Shown here: positions 33,762-45,459 of the stretch, in pieces
Layout: each line of letters opens with the position of its first letter
How positions within the stretch are numbered: position 1 is the stretch's first letter
NCBI GenBank assembly: GCA_947623865.1
Contig: CANQIC010000008.1
Coordinates: 1,215 to 65,214 of the forward strand
Direction: 5' to 3'
Source: an uncultured Clostridia bacterium
Lineage (GTDB): Bacteria > Bacillota > Clostridia > TANB77 > CAG-508
DNA: 64,000 nucleotides
The notes under the pieces: model-generated
Database searches by the model: none
What the model was told of the DNA's origin: nothing
The model's input: only the letters and a program-made list of their open reading frames with translations
Made by a program: the position numbers and the translations under genes

Positions 33762-34670
33762 ATGAGCAAAGTAGTAAGATGGTATAACAAAAATAGAAAA
33801 ATGTTTTGGATAGTTATATTAACTATTATAGCAGTAATTACATTAATCCAAGCATTAAACAATTATTATAAAAACAATACAAAAGATGAAAGTAGTAGTA
33901 CTAATATTAGTACTACTACTTATAATACAAATAATTATTCAATAGTAACACAAGAGGAGATAGATAGTGATGTATCAGATAGATCAGATGACTTAATAAA
34001 AGATTTTTTTGATTATTGTAATAGTGGAGAAATTGAAAATGCATATAATTTACTTTCAACAGACTGTAAAGAAGAATTATATTCTACACTTGATGATTTT
34101 AAACAAAGATATTATAACGTAGTTTTTACAGAAAAAAGAAGTTATGACTCTACATTGTGGATAACAACCTCGCAGAGGAATACATACAGAGTAGAAATAA
34201 TGGCTGATTTATTAGCAACAGGACAAAAAGAGTATATGCCAATTGAAGAGTATTATACAATTACATATGAAGATGGAGAATATAAATTAAGTATAAGTAA
34301 TTATATAGCAAAAGAGAATATTAATGTTTCTAAAACCCAAAACGATGTTACTATAAATATAATATCTAAAAAAATATATAAAGATTATGAAACATATGAT
34401 ATTGAAGTAGAAAACAAAACAGGAACTAACTTAATATTTAATACAAAAGAAAATACTGATTCAATATATATACAAGATGAAAATGAATTAAAATATATAG
34501 CATTTTTAAATGAAATACCAAATAGTGAATTAGAAATATCTAATGGAATTACTAAAACTTTAGAAATAAAATTTAATAGAGGATATAAACCAACAATAAA
34601 TATAGAAAAAATTATGTTTGGAGATATAAATAGTAATGGGCAAAAACAAAGTATAGAAATAGAGTTGTAA
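33762..34670 (+). CDS. membrane-anchored protein, possible VirB8/TcpC-like component
   Basis: N-terminal TM plus a roughly 270-aa extracytoplasmic region. The assignment rests on position and architecture only. Confidence 0.35.
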   Translation: MSKVVRWYNKNRKMFWIVILTIIAVITLIQALNNYYKNNTKDESSSTNISTTTYNTNNYSIVTQEEIDSDVSDRSDDLIKDFFDYCNSGEIENAYNLLSTDCKEELYSTLDDFKQRYYNVVFTEKRSYDSTLWITTSQRNTYRVEIMADLLATGQKEYMPIEEYYTITYEDGEYKLSISNYIAKENINVSKTQNDVTINIISKKIYKDYETYDIEVENKTGTNLIFNTKENTDSIYIQDENELKYIAFLNEIPNSELEISNGITKTLEIKFNRGYKPTINIEKIMFGDINSNGQKQSIEIEL

Positions 34671-34700
34671 TAACATATGAACTAAGTGGAGGTGAGCCCC

Positions 34701-37700
34701 ATGAATGAACAAGAAGAGAAAAATAAAAGTGATAGTTTTGCAAAACAGCAGTTAGACAAAGGTAAAGATAAATTAAAAGATAAAGCAAAGAAAAAACAAA
34801 AGAAAAAGGTGATAATAGCTTTAATTACTCGTCATCCAGTGTTAGCAATAGCACTTGTAGTAGCAATAGTAACAATTATTCTTTTATGTTGTGCATTATA
34901 TATAGTAGACAAATGGAAAGAAGAAAATGTTAATAATGCAAAACAAGGAGCAATAGTAGTTGCTTATGCTGATAGCGAATCCACAAATAGTGGAAACTAT
35001 GGAGATGTGGATGAAACAAAATTAGTATTTATAGGGGATTCATGGATAGAGGGATTAGGTAACCAAAGTTGTACAAAAACAAGTTATGTATATGGAGCGA
35101 CAGGAAAGAATGCAGATTATTTTAATGGCTTAACAATGAATATTCCAAGTGATGCAAGTGGAATAGTAATAGAATTTGGATTAAATAATCCATCAGGATA
35201 TGCAACAACTCAAAAATTAGCCGGAGATCTACATAAAAGCCATTCTAATTTGCCAATATTTATATTGAAAACGTCACATGTTGCATCAGGTTTTTCTAGT
35301 AATGGAATTAATGCAGCTACAATGAATAGTAACTTAGATAAATATAACCAGGAAATGCAAAAGTGGTGTGAAGAGAAAGATTATGCAACATATTTGGATT
35401 CTGCAACAGAAACAATAAATGATAATAATGGAAATGGATTATTAATAGATCCATATAAAGCAGGAAATAGTGGAGCTGGGTTATATCATTTAAGTACAAC
35501 GGGATATGAGGCATGGTATAAAGATATTATAGAAGCAATAAGAACTAATGGAGGTTCAAATAATACAATAACAGAAAATTCAAATAGTAATTCAGATGCA
35601 AATAAAATAGTAATCCAACCAAATAAAAATAAAACTGGATACAAATTATCATATAACGATGATTCTGATAATTTAGAAAAAATAAAGAATAAACTAAGAC
35701 ATGAAACTTCAAGTTCTCCATCAGAATTTAGTGATTTTGAACTTGCAGTATTAGGAGCATTAATGGATTATGGAGCAAACTTAGATTATTATACAGAAGA
35801 ACAATTACATTGCTTTCCGGCATTTATTAAAGCAGAGGCATGTACACAATATTTAGATTTAAGGCCAAATAGTGAAAAGCTAAAAAATGATGAATATGTA
35901 CCTGCAAAAATTGATGAACTAGAAGAAAATGAAGTTCCAGGAGTTATACTAGTTCAAAGGACTAATACAAATGGAAATAGTCCAGAGATATTAGAATATA
36001 AAGTAGAAGAAGAATTTAATAAATTATTAGAAAAAAACAGTACAGATGCTATGAGTTATTTTACGGTAAATGATAAAGGAGATCTTATTATCGCAAAATG
36101 GGAAAAGGAAAATGTAACAGTTAATATAAAAGGAGAAGGTCTACCAGATGATATAAAAACTGAGGTAAATTCTCAAGCAACAAATGGTGATAAGTATACT
36201 ATTACAACAGAACCAATAGCATATAGTGAATATATAAAAAAGTATACAATGCCTTTTGAATTTTTAAATCAATTATTAGTAATAATAGAAAAACCAGAAT
36301 TTTGTATGGAACTAGTGAATTATGTTTTAGATAGTAAAATAGTAATAAACATACAAGAAGAAGAAACATTTACAGAAACTGATGAAACAAGAAATTATGT
36401 TATACATAATAAAGATGAAAAACGTGTAAATTATGAAGTTAAAGCCTCAGGCCTTGAATATTCAATAGAACAAGGTAATAATTACTTTTTAGAATATGAT
36501 AAAGATGATAAAAATGAACCTTGTACAAATTACTCATCTGCTGACCCAGTTGTTACTATTCATACAGAATATACAAGTCATTCATATGTATTTGAAATTA
36601 TAGAAGCAGATACTTGGCTTGCACACTATATAAAAACATATAAGCCACAAGAGAAAAAAATTGAAAAGACTAATAATAGTGCAGATGATCCTGGTGAATA
36701 TAAAAAAAATGGAGACGATATAAATGGCCAATCAGGTGAAGGTGATAAAGATGCTGAAAAATTTATAGAAACAAAAGCATCAGATTATAAATCAAAATTA
36801 GTAAGACCAACAGTAACAGTTAGAGGTTATACAGATGAAGAAGAAAATAATTTTAAAGAAATAATGATAGGAGATATTGAGTTAGGAGCACCAATACCTA
36901 CAACAGCAACTGGTTTACCATTACAAAATCCATATCAAGAGATTAAAAATGAAGATGGAGATGGAACAGGAAGATATAATTTGCCAGATACAATAATAGT
37001 TTCATCAAATAAAATAGCAGCTACAGATACAACAAAAGAAATACCATCAATTCCATATAAATTTAAAAAGGATTTATCTGAAAGTTATTATCAACCACAA
37101 GATATAGATATTATTAGATGTAATGTAACAAACCTAAATATAAAAAATTTTCAAAAAATAGAATCCCATATAAAGCAAGAAACAACAGTAACTGAGTATC
37201 CATCTGATCCAAATCCAACTACAAAAACTCACATATACGCTACAAAAAGTGGAGAACCAGGTCAAGGGCATGGAGATAAGAATACTGTATATGAAAAATT
37301 TTTAGCTGCATATAATAGTAATGTGCATGCTAGAAACCAACTAAATAGTATAGATGACTGGTTATATGAAATGATGGAAGGAAATGAAAACACAGTAGAA
37401 TTGGTTGATATTGTAAAATATTTACTTTATATGTACGATGGAAAAAATAGAGGAGTAACAGAACTTAAAGATTTTGAGACTATATTTAATCCAGATGATA
37501 TGACCAAAGCTACTTCTGTTAATTCATTAGATCAATTTATAAGATTTTTACATTCTTGGGAAGGCGGAGGAACTATAAAAAAGAATAAAAAAGGAGAAGA
37601 TTGCTATGTAGTCCAGTCAGATGGAGGTGGTCGGATCTGCAGTAGGATATGGAGTTGATATAGCAACTCATGGAGCTAAGTTAAGAAAGTTAGGCTATGA

Positions 37701-38599
37701 TACTTCAATAGGATCATTAATTCCAGTAGAACCAGTAGATGAAATTGAGCGAGAAGAAATAGAAGGAACAATGAATTCTGTAAGAAAAAAGACAGCTGGA
37801 TTGAATCTTACTGAATATCAGATATACGCATTAACAAGTAGATGCTATAACTATGGGGTTGCAGGAGGTTTAGAACAAGCAACAGGTTCTTTTAGGTATC
37901 CTTCTAACAAAACATTTGTACAAGCATATAAAGAGTACTATTCTAAAATAAATAATGATGATTACTTTCGGAGATTATACAAAAACTGATTTTAAAAATG
38001 GATTATTTACAAATTATATGACATGGTTAAATTATGCTGGAAGTGGAACTCATCCTATTGGATGGGAATATAGAAGAAAATCAGAATGGAGCTTATTCCA
38101 GACAGGATATTTTGGATATGATTTAAAACATGGTACAGGTCATGGTATGGACGAATATTATTCAGGAGGAAATGGCTCACAATCAGATTTCTTAGCAGTA
38201 GCTAAATCTTGTCATGACTATTTAAAAAATAATAATTTTTACTATGTACAAGGTAATAGCATACCATATCCAAATGGAACTTCATATACTGATTGTAGCG
38301 CATATGTAACATGGGTATTATATGAATATGGATATACAGAATTAAAAGGACCTCAAAAATCAACAACATGGTATATGGATAAAAGTGCAATGGAGAAAAA
38401 AGGATGGACTGTAAAACCAGCAACTCAGGCAAAAGCAGGAGATATAGTTGTTAATGATTATCATATGGAAATTTATGCAGGAGATGGAAAATTTTATAAT
38501 GCAGGAAGTACAACAGCCATGAGAGAAGAAATAAGTAATAGTGGAACAGGATATCTAGGAAATTTTACATATGCAATAACTGTAACACCACCTAAATAA
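34701..38599 (+). CDS. large T4SS-associated cell-wall hydrolase: SGNH/GDSL-like, lysozyme-like and C-terminal NlpC/P60 domains. Needs +1 corrections at CGG 37632 and 37969.
   Basis: FIGDSWIEGLG and EFGLNNPSG (SGNH blocks). FLHSWEGGG...SDGGG-G-SAVGYGVD (lysozyme-like). DCSAYVTWVLYEYGY...DYHMEIYAG (NlpC/P60 Cys/His). The track splits it into 3 ORFs. Confidence 0.7.
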
Positions 38600-38613
38600 A
38601 CCAGGAGGATATA

Positions 38614-39930
38614 ATGAAAAGTAAAAAAAATATATTAAAAATTATTATGTTATTGATAATAATATGTATACTACTTGTGATATTTATAATATTTAATTAT
38701 AAAAGAATTAAGGCTAAAAATGAGTACAATAGAAATGAAGATGAGTCAAATATACAAATCAATTATCAATATGATAAAGTTGATAATTCTACACTATTTT
38801 ATACAGTCTCAGATTGTATTCAAACATATATCGATTATATTTCACTTAATATTGATACTGATAATTATAATGATAAGCAGTTAGAATTAAACATATTTAC
38901 AGAGCAAGAAAAAAAAGAAGCAATTTATAATATTTTAGATAAAGAGTATATAGAAGAAAATAATATAACTTTGGATAATATATATAGTTTTATACCAAAT
39001 TTTGATGATAAGACTAAGTTTACTGCAATAAAGATGAATATGTTAGATGGTAATAGAATTCAAAGATTTTGTATATATGGAAGTATAGAGAATAATGAAG
39101 GAGATTTAGAATATATTTATTGTATTGTTAATTTAGATTATTATAATATGACATTTAGTATAAAACCTATATTAAATGAAACATATGATGACATTAATAA
39201 AATTGAATTAGAAGAAGAAACAGAAGAGATATATGAGAATAATAATAATACTTTCATTTATAATAGAATATCTGAAGAAGATTTAATAAGCAAATATATA
39301 TATTATTATAAAACAAATGCAGTATTAAACTCTGATATAGCATATAATCTTTTGGATAAAGAATATAGAGAAAAAAGATTTGGAAATATTGAAGAATATA
39401 AAACATATGTAGAAAATAATAAAGAAAAAATTTATTCTAGTTTATTAGATAGTTATCAGATTAAGGAAGATGGCGATAATACTAGATATATATGTATAGA
39501 TCAATATGGAAACTATTATATATTTACTGAAAATGCAGTTATGGATTATACAGTTATACTAGATACTTACACAATAGATTTACCAGAATTTACAGAGAGA
39601 TATGAAACAGCAACAGAACAGCAAAAGGTAGCATTGAACATAGACAAATTTATGCAAGCTATAAATAACAAAGACTATAAATATGCATATAATTGTTTAG
39701 CAGATTCATATAAAAACAACTACTTTAAAACACAAGCAGATTTTGAAAATTATGCAAAAGAAAATTTTTATGCAAGTAGCACTGTAGGGTATTCTGAGTT
39801 TGCTGAAGAAGGAGATGTTTATACTTATTCAGTAGTACTTACAGATAATGAAACAGAAGAACAAATGAATAAAACATTTATAATGCAATTAGGAGAAGGA
39901 ACAGACTTTGTACTATCGTTTAATAGGTAA
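38614..39930 (+). CDS. hypothetical membrane-anchored protein
   Basis: 438 aa with an N-terminal TM. No family recognised. Confidence 0.45.
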   Translation: MKSKKNILKIIMLLIIICILLVIFIIFNYKRIKAKNEYNRNEDESNIQINYQYDKVDNSTLFYTVSDCIQTYIDYISLNIDTDNYNDKQLELNIFTEQEKKEAIYNILDKEYIEENNITLDNIYSFIPNFDDKTKFTAIKMNMLDGNRIQRFCIYGSIENNEGDLEYIYCIVNLDYYNMTFSIKPILNETYDDINKIELEEETEEIYENNNNTFIYNRISEEDLISKYIYYYKTNAVLNSDIAYNLLDKEYREKRFGNIEEYKTYVENNKEKIYSSLLDSYQIKEDGDNTRYICIDQYGNYYIFTENAVMDYTVILDTYTIDLPEFTERYETATEQQKVALNIDKFMQAINNKDYKYAYNCLADSYKNNYFKTQADFENYAKENFYASSTVGYSEFAEEGDVYTYSVVLTDNETEEQMNKTFIMQLGEGTDFVLSFNR

Positions 39931-39943
39931 GGAGGTAAATCAT

Positions 39944-41212
39944 ATGGCAGAAAATGATACCATGGAAGGAAAGGATTTAGCAATAAAAGAAAAAAAAGAA
40001 TTTGAAGAAAGAGTATTAGAAGCAATTGAAGATTTAAAAGAAGGTCAAACTACTACAAGTACAGAAGGATTAGAAGTTACTAATAATAAAGGAAATTATA
40101 TAATAAAATTAAAGGGAATCCCTTTTGGACTAATAAGCAAAGATGGAAAATTTACATACAATAAAGAAAATTTTAAACAGGTAAAAAATACTTTGGGAGA
40201 AGAAGGAATAACATTAGAAGATTTAGGTTTACCTGATATAGAAGAATGGATAGACAAAGAAGAAAAACAAAAGGAAGAAAATCAAAAAGATGAAAAAGAT
40301 TTATCTGATGATATTGAAGAGAAAGAAGACGAAGAACCTGAAAAAGATGAAAAAACTGAAGATGAAGCTAAAAAAGAAATAGCAAAAAAACATAATGTGA
40401 GTCCAAACCAAGTAGTTCATGTTTCAATGGATAGAAGAATAACAGATAATGATAATTTTCAAGGATTAGCAAAATGGTCTAAAAAATATAATGATGTTTA
40501 TGTAATACCAGGAAAAGATGAATATTCATGGGAAACAATAGGAATTGACAAAGATGGTAAAGAAGAGGTAATTAATAATAGACAGCAAGAAGGTAAAAAC
40601 CCAAATGTAAAAGTAAAAATAGTAGATGGAAAAGAAATAACAGAAGTTAGACCAATTGCAATGTATGAAATAGATGATAAACAATCATATGCTATTGTTA
40701 GGGATAACGCAGGTAAAACTAAGATGCTATACTGTAGACAAGAGGAAGGAAGAGGAAAAGAATATTGGGGCATTGGAGTACCAGAGCAAGATACAAAAAA
40801 TGTTCGTGAAAAATCAGTAGAAGGTAGAGATTTTATTGACTCTAGAAACAATTCCTCTTATGACTTAAGTAAAAAAGCTGATGAATTAGAAAAAGGAACA
40901 GATTTGGAAGAAAGAGGAATTCCGTCTAAAGAAGGAAAAGGAGTTCAAGTAGAGGAAATAGAAGGTACACCAGCACAAAATAGATTGCTTAGAAAAGATG
41001 ACATAGTGGATGATTTATTAAAAAGAGATGGAATTATAGATAGAGCAAAGGCTATGCCAGGATTTTATGAGAACAAAGCTGAAAAAGTACTAAAATTAAT
41101 GGAAACCAATGATAAAATTTCATATGAGGAAGCAGTAGAAAGTGTAGAAAAAAGTGATAGAGAACCGGGAGGACGTACTCCAGACGAAAAACCAAATAAA
41201 AGAGAACATTAA
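39944..41212 (+). CDS. hypothetical acidic protein
   Basis: ATG after aaggagg. Glu/Lys/Asp-rich. No family recognised. Confidence 0.45.
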   Translation: MAENDTMEGKDLAIKEKKEFEERVLEAIEDLKEGQTTTSTEGLEVTNNKGNYIIKLKGIPFGLISKDGKFTYNKENFKQVKNTLGEEGITLEDLGLPDIEEWIDKEEKQKEENQKDEKDLSDDIEEKEDEEPEKDEKTEDEAKKEIAKKHNVSPNQVVHVSMDRRITDNDNFQGLAKWSKKYNDVYVIPGKDEYSWETIGIDKDGKEEVINNRQQEGKNPNVKVKIVDGKEITEVRPIAMYEIDDKQSYAIVRDNAGKTKMLYCRQEEGRGKEYWGIGVPEQDTKNVREKSVEGRDFIDSRNNSSYDLSKKADELEKGTDLEERGIPSKEGKGVQVEEIEGTPAQNRLLRKDDIVDDLLKRDGIIDRAKAMPGFYENKAEKVLKLMETNDKISYEEAVESVEKSDREPGGRTPDEKPNKREH

Positions 41213-41230
41213 CAAAAAACAAATTTTTCC

Positions 41231-41255
41231 TTTTTTGGATGGACTAGATTTAGAC
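41231..41255. repeat. REP copy (TTTTTTGGATGGACTAGATTTAGAC), same family as those flanking the RAYT gene
   Basis: Matches 54541-54563 and the reverse complements at 55494 and 55564. Confidence 0.7.
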
Positions 41256-41313
41256 AAAAAGAGGCAATTATCAATTATGATAGTTGTCTCTTTGTGATTT
41301 TTTAAAAATTTAA

Positions 41314-41420
41314 TTTTTTGCTCGGAGCGATTTCTCCACTTTTCTTAAGAAACATTTTGCTCGGAGCGATTTCTCCACTTTCCTTAAGAAACTTTTTGCC
41401 CCGAGCCAAATCTCCATTTT
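41314..41420. repeat. second tandem array (3 units) of the family B repeat
   Basis: ttttttgctcggagcgatttctccac..., aagaaacattttgctcggagcgatttctccac..., aagaaactttttgccccgagccaaatctcca. Confidence 0.8.
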
Positions 41421-41473
41421 GAATAGTATATATTTCTAAAAATAGTAAAAACTATTTTTAGGAGTTGATTTTT

Positions 41474-42235
41474 ATGAAAATTTTAAAACATATAAAAATT
41501 AAATTATTAATAGGAATTTTATTATTTTTGGGATTAATAGTAAGTAGCAATAAAAGCACTGCTATGTTACACTATCAAACAGTAGGAACACCTACAGGAA
41601 TAGTAACTGCAACTAGTCTTAATGTAAGACAAGGTCCAGGAACTAATTTTAAAAGTATTACTCTAGTAAACAAAAATGAATATATAAGAATATTTGCAAA
41701 AATAGGAGATTGGTATGTGATACAAACTGATAATAATTATATAGGAGCAGCAAGTAGTAACTATATTAGATTAGTATATCCTAATAGCAATAATAATCAA
41801 ACTTCATCAGGAAATACATCAAGTGGAAACACTAATACAACAACTTCTGAGTTAACAGCAGATGAACAAGAAGTATTTAATTTAATAAATGCAAAGAGAA
41901 CTGCAAATGGATTATCTGCATTAAAAATTGATGACGAATTACAAAATGTTGCAAGAATTAAAGCTCAAGATATGGTAGATAATAATTACTTTTCACATAC
42001 ATCACCAATTTATGGATCACCATTTGATATGATAAAGAAGTTCGGAATAAGTTATAGAACAGCAGGAGAAAACATAGCAGGAAATTCTAGTAATAGTGGT
42101 GCAGTAAATGCATGGATGAATTCATCAGGGCATAAGGCTAATATCTTGAACAGTAGTTTTAACTATACTGGAATAGGAGTAGTAAAGAGTCCTAAATATG
42201 GAAAAGTATATGTACAAATGTTTATGGGAAAATAA
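41474..42235 (+). CDS. secreted SH3-like plus CAP/SCP (YkwD-like) domain protein
   Basis: Signal peptide. VRQGPGTNF..GDWYVIQ (SH3b-like). NYFSHTSP...GENIA...WMNSSGHKANIL (CAP domain). Confidence 0.75.
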   Translation: MKILKHIKIKLLIGILLFLGLIVSSNKSTAMLHYQTVGTPTGIVTATSLNVRQGPGTNFKSITLVNKNEYIRIFAKIGDWYVIQTDNNYIGAASSNYIRLVYPNSNNNQTSSGNTSSGNTNTTTSELTADEQEVFNLINAKRTANGLSALKIDDELQNVARIKAQDMVDNNYFSHTSPIYGSPFDMIKKFGISYRTAGENIAGNSSNSGAVNAWMNSSGHKANILNSSFNYTGIGVVKSPKYGKVYVQMFMGK

Positions 42236-42391
42236 AAAAATAATCTTGTGGAGAGTTCACTAAAACGAGCTCTCCATTTTATTATAATTTAGTTTATATA
42301 AAACAAATTTTTGCATAAACATATTGACAAAAGGAAAATAATGGAATAAAATTTTAATAATTAAAAATGCATAATTAAAAGGGGTGATATT

Positions 42392-42643
42392 ATGGACCAA
42401 GAAAAATTCAATTTAGTAAATAAAGAAGAAGTGTATAAAAAAAGTTACGAGGAACTATTAGATATGGAAAAAGAATTAATGCACAATTCTGAAGCAACAG
42501 ACCTGGATATAGCATTTGTATCAGCAGTTATTCTAGATAGAGAACTAGAAATGGGAACATTTAAGGGATATACAATTGATGAAGTATTTGGAAGATTATT
42601 AGAAGATGTACCATTTTATGAAGGTAAACCTAATAATAAATGA
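42392..42643 (+). CDS. putative antitoxin, paralog of 5130..5321
   Basis: Small ORF overlapping the downstream ParE/RelE gene. Confidence 0.4.
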   Translation: MDQEKFNLVNKEEVYKKSYEELLDMEKELMHNSEATDLDIAFVSAVILDRELEMGTFKGYTIDEVFGRLLEDVPFYEGKPNNK

Positions 42644-42908
42644 AAAAGCAAACCAAGATTTAATACAAATTAAATGGTATATTGCTCAAGATTCAAAATT
42701 TTATGCAAATAAAACAGTTAATGAAATAAATAAAAGAATAGAAAATCTATTACTTTTTCCAGAAATGGGGAAAGTAATAGATAAAGATGAAAATATAAGG
42801 CAAATTATTTATAAATCTTATAAAATTCTATATAAACTTGATTCAAAAAATATTTATATCTTACATATAATTTATCATTCTAGAAACATTTTAAATCTTA
42901 AATTTTAA
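42618..42908 (+). CDS. ParE/RelE family toxin, paralog of 5311..5637
   Basis: MKVNLIINEKANQDLIQIKWYI...YKSYKILYKLDSKNIYILHIIYHSRN. Confidence 0.65.
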   Translation: MKVNLIINEKANQDLIQIKWYIAQDSKFYANKTVNEINKRIENLLLFPEMGKVIDKDENIRQIIYKSYKILYKLDSKNIYILHIIYHSRNILNLKF

Positions 42909-43013
42909 TTTCAATATTTAATTTCAAAAAATACATTATGCATTTTTAATTATATATATCTTTATGTCATAAGAAAATATCTTTTTAATAAAATTTAACA
43001 AGGTGATTTTGTT

Positions 43014-44264
43014 ATGAAAAATATTAAAAAAGTTATATTAATTATAATCTTAAATATATTGTTAATATTACAAACAAATATATTTGCATACGAAATAGAA
43101 GAAGAAACTGATTATATTTGGCTACAACAAGAAATAGAAAATGTATCTGCAAATCCAATAAGTGAACCTAATTTAAATTCTAGATATGCAATTGTATTAG
43201 ATAGAAATTCTAAAGCTATTCTTTTTGCTAAAAATGAAAATCAAAGAGTTCCAATGGCTTCCACTACAAAAATAATGACAGCAATTGTTTTGTTAGAAAA
43301 CTTGGGGGTAAACAATAACTTAACATTAGATACACAAGTAGAAGTATGTAAAGAAGCAGGAACAATAGGAGGATCAAGATTAGGATTAAAAACAGGAGAT
43401 AAAATAACAGTAAATAATTTGCTATATGGATTAATGTTATGCTCTGGAAATGATGCTGCAATTCAAATAGCTGTAAGTATTGGTGGAAGTGTAGAAGGTT
43501 TTGCAAATCTAATGAACAAAAAGGCACAAGATTTGGGACTAGAAAACACTCATTTTGTAACACCACACGGATTAGATAAGCCAGAACACTATACTACTGC
43601 GTATGAACTTGCTCTAATTGCAGATTATGCTTTAAATATTGAAAAAATTTCACAAGTAGTAAATACAAAAACATATACAGTATCTATTAACGGTTATGCA
43701 AAAACAATAACAAATACAAACGAACTATTAGGATATTTAAATGGAGTAAATGGGGTGAAAACTGGGTTTACTAATGGAGCAGGTAGATGTTTAGTTACAT
43801 CGGTAAACAGAAATGGATTTAATATTATAACAGTTGTACTAGGAGCAGATACTAAAAAGTTTAGAACAAAAGATTCAATAAGCCTAATAGAGTATACATA
43901 CTCTAACTACGAATTAGTAAATTTAGAAGAAATAATAAATGAAAAATTTAATGAGTGGTGTAAAATTAATGAAAGAAGAATAAATGTATATAAAGGGAAA
44001 GAGAATAATTTAAAAATAAAATTAGAAAATTATAATCATAAAATTTATCCTATTAAAAAAGATAATATTAAAGATATAAATGTAGAAATTAAAGATATAC
44101 AAATGAATTTTGAGGCACCAGTATACACTCATACAAAAGTAGCTGACTTAGTTCTTAGTATAGGTAAAGAAAAACTATTTGATATAAAAATATTAACAGA
44201 TGATAATATAGAAAGAAAGGATATTAAAGATTATATTTTTGAATGTATGGAAATTCTATTTTAG
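43014..44264 (+). CDS. serine-type D-Ala-D-Ala carboxypeptidase (PBP5/DacB-like)
   Basis: SxxK (ASTTK), SGN (CSGND) and KTG (VKTGFT) motifs. Signal peptide. Confidence 0.85.
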   Translation: MKNIKKVILIIILNILLILQTNIFAYEIEEETDYIWLQQEIENVSANPISEPNLNSRYAIVLDRNSKAILFAKNENQRVPMASTTKIMTAIVLLENLGVNNNLTLDTQVEVCKEAGTIGGSRLGLKTGDKITVNNLLYGLMLCSGNDAAIQIAVSIGGSVEGFANLMNKKAQDLGLENTHFVTPHGLDKPEHYTTAYELALIADYALNIEKISQVVNTKTYTVSINGYAKTITNTNELLGYLNGVNGVKTGFTNGAGRCLVTSVNRNGFNIITVVLGADTKKFRTKDSISLIEYTYSNYELVNLEEIINEKFNEWCKINERRINVYKGKENNLKIKLENYNHKIYPIKKDNIKDINVEIKDIQMNFEAPVYTHTKVADLVLSIGKEKLFDIKILTDDNIERKDIKDYIFECMEILF

Positions 44265-44580
44265 AATGGAATAATAAAATAGAATACAAAAATTAATGTA
44301 GTTTTGAAAAATTGAAAAAATTATAAAAAAAGTTGAAACCTTTGATATAAAAAGCTTTTGACAGTTACAAAAATTCCACAAAGTTCTTAAAAATCTGCGA
44401 AATTTTAAAATACTTTGGAGCGGACGTCGTAGTTATCTACAACTTTTGGCTCTCTTGACGATTGATACAAATATCAATCAATTTACTAAAGTATATCATA
44501 TTTAAAATAAAATACAATATAAATTATAAAAAATATTTGAATGTTATGTTTTTTGTCTTTTTCTCTTTATAATAAAAAAT

Positions 44581-44612
44581 TTCCCCTCTGTTCTCACAGA
44601 GGGGTAGGATGC
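44581..44612 (-). terminator. terminator of the minus-strand membrane protein gene
   Basis: Stem cccctctg/cagagggg with a T-run on the minus strand. Confidence 0.65.
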
Positions 44613-44626
44613 AATTCTGCCACCTA

Positions 44627-45151
44627 TTAGTCCCAATCTCGCGCACATGCAACTAATACCATCATCCACAAACCTAAACAAAAGATACTAGAGAGTAATC
44701 CCAACCAGAAATATGAAACATTTCTGGGGTAGATACTAATTCCTTTTGGAATTGTGACTGAAACTTCTGATCCGTTTTCGTCTGTTAATGTTTCTCTTAA
44801 TTTCATAAGAACATTTGTCTTTTCGAGAGAAGTTGCATCTTCAGAAAGATTTTCGAGTTCAGAATATGATTCGGTCATATTTTTGTACCAGTATCCTATA
44901 TCGTTGCTAGGTTGATGAAGGAATATTGATACAACACCTTCTGTCAAGTTGTTTTCCTCTGCATAAGAAATAGCTTTTGAGAGCTCTTTCTTTGCAGTTT
45001 CAACAGTATTAGCGTCGGCTGCTCTCTTAATGTATTGGGTGCAGTTCATATCAAACTGTACACCTTCTACAATCCGCACAGTCGACCATGCACCAAATAC
45101 TATTGTTGCCATAATAGCGAACACCATAAAAATTTTTGCTACATCTCCCAT
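44627..45151 (-). CDS. hypothetical membrane protein. Contains an in-frame CGG (45076-45074) with no frame break.
   Basis: Start taken at the ATG after ggagg (MGDVAKIFMV...). N- and C-terminal TM helices. Confidence 0.45.
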   Translation of the reverse strand: MGDVAKIFMVFAIMATIVFGAWSTVRIVEGVQFDMNCTQYIKRAADANTVETAKKELSKAISYAEENNLTEGVVSIFLHQPSNDIGYWYKNMTESYSELENLSEDATSLEKTNVLMKLRETLTDENGSEVSVTIPKGISIYPRNVSYFWLGLLSSIFCLGLWMMVLVACARDWD

Positions 45152-45348
45152 TTTGTTAACCTCCAATATAAATTTTTTTAGGGACATATACAGTATGTAT
45201 ACATATTTATTATACTATATTCTACATAATATGTCAAACATGCTACGCTGAGTTTCAAAATGAAGTCCGACACTTTTTAAAAAATTAAATATTTGTAAGT
45301 TATATCTGGATTTTAATACTCTCACTTTTGGTTGTCAATAATTTTATA

Positions 45349-45459
45349 CTAACCTTTAATTATTACTGTTAAATCAAAAAATACTTCTAATGCTGTACGC
45401 CATCCTAGACATTTTCTAGGTCTATTATTTATTAATTCTGCCACTCTATCTACATCTTC
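45349..45459 (-). pseudogene. IS30-family transposase C-terminal remnant
   Basis: Translates to ...VAELINNRPRKCLGWRTALEVFFD..., the conserved IS30 C-terminal motif. Only about 35 codons are open. Confidence 0.6.
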
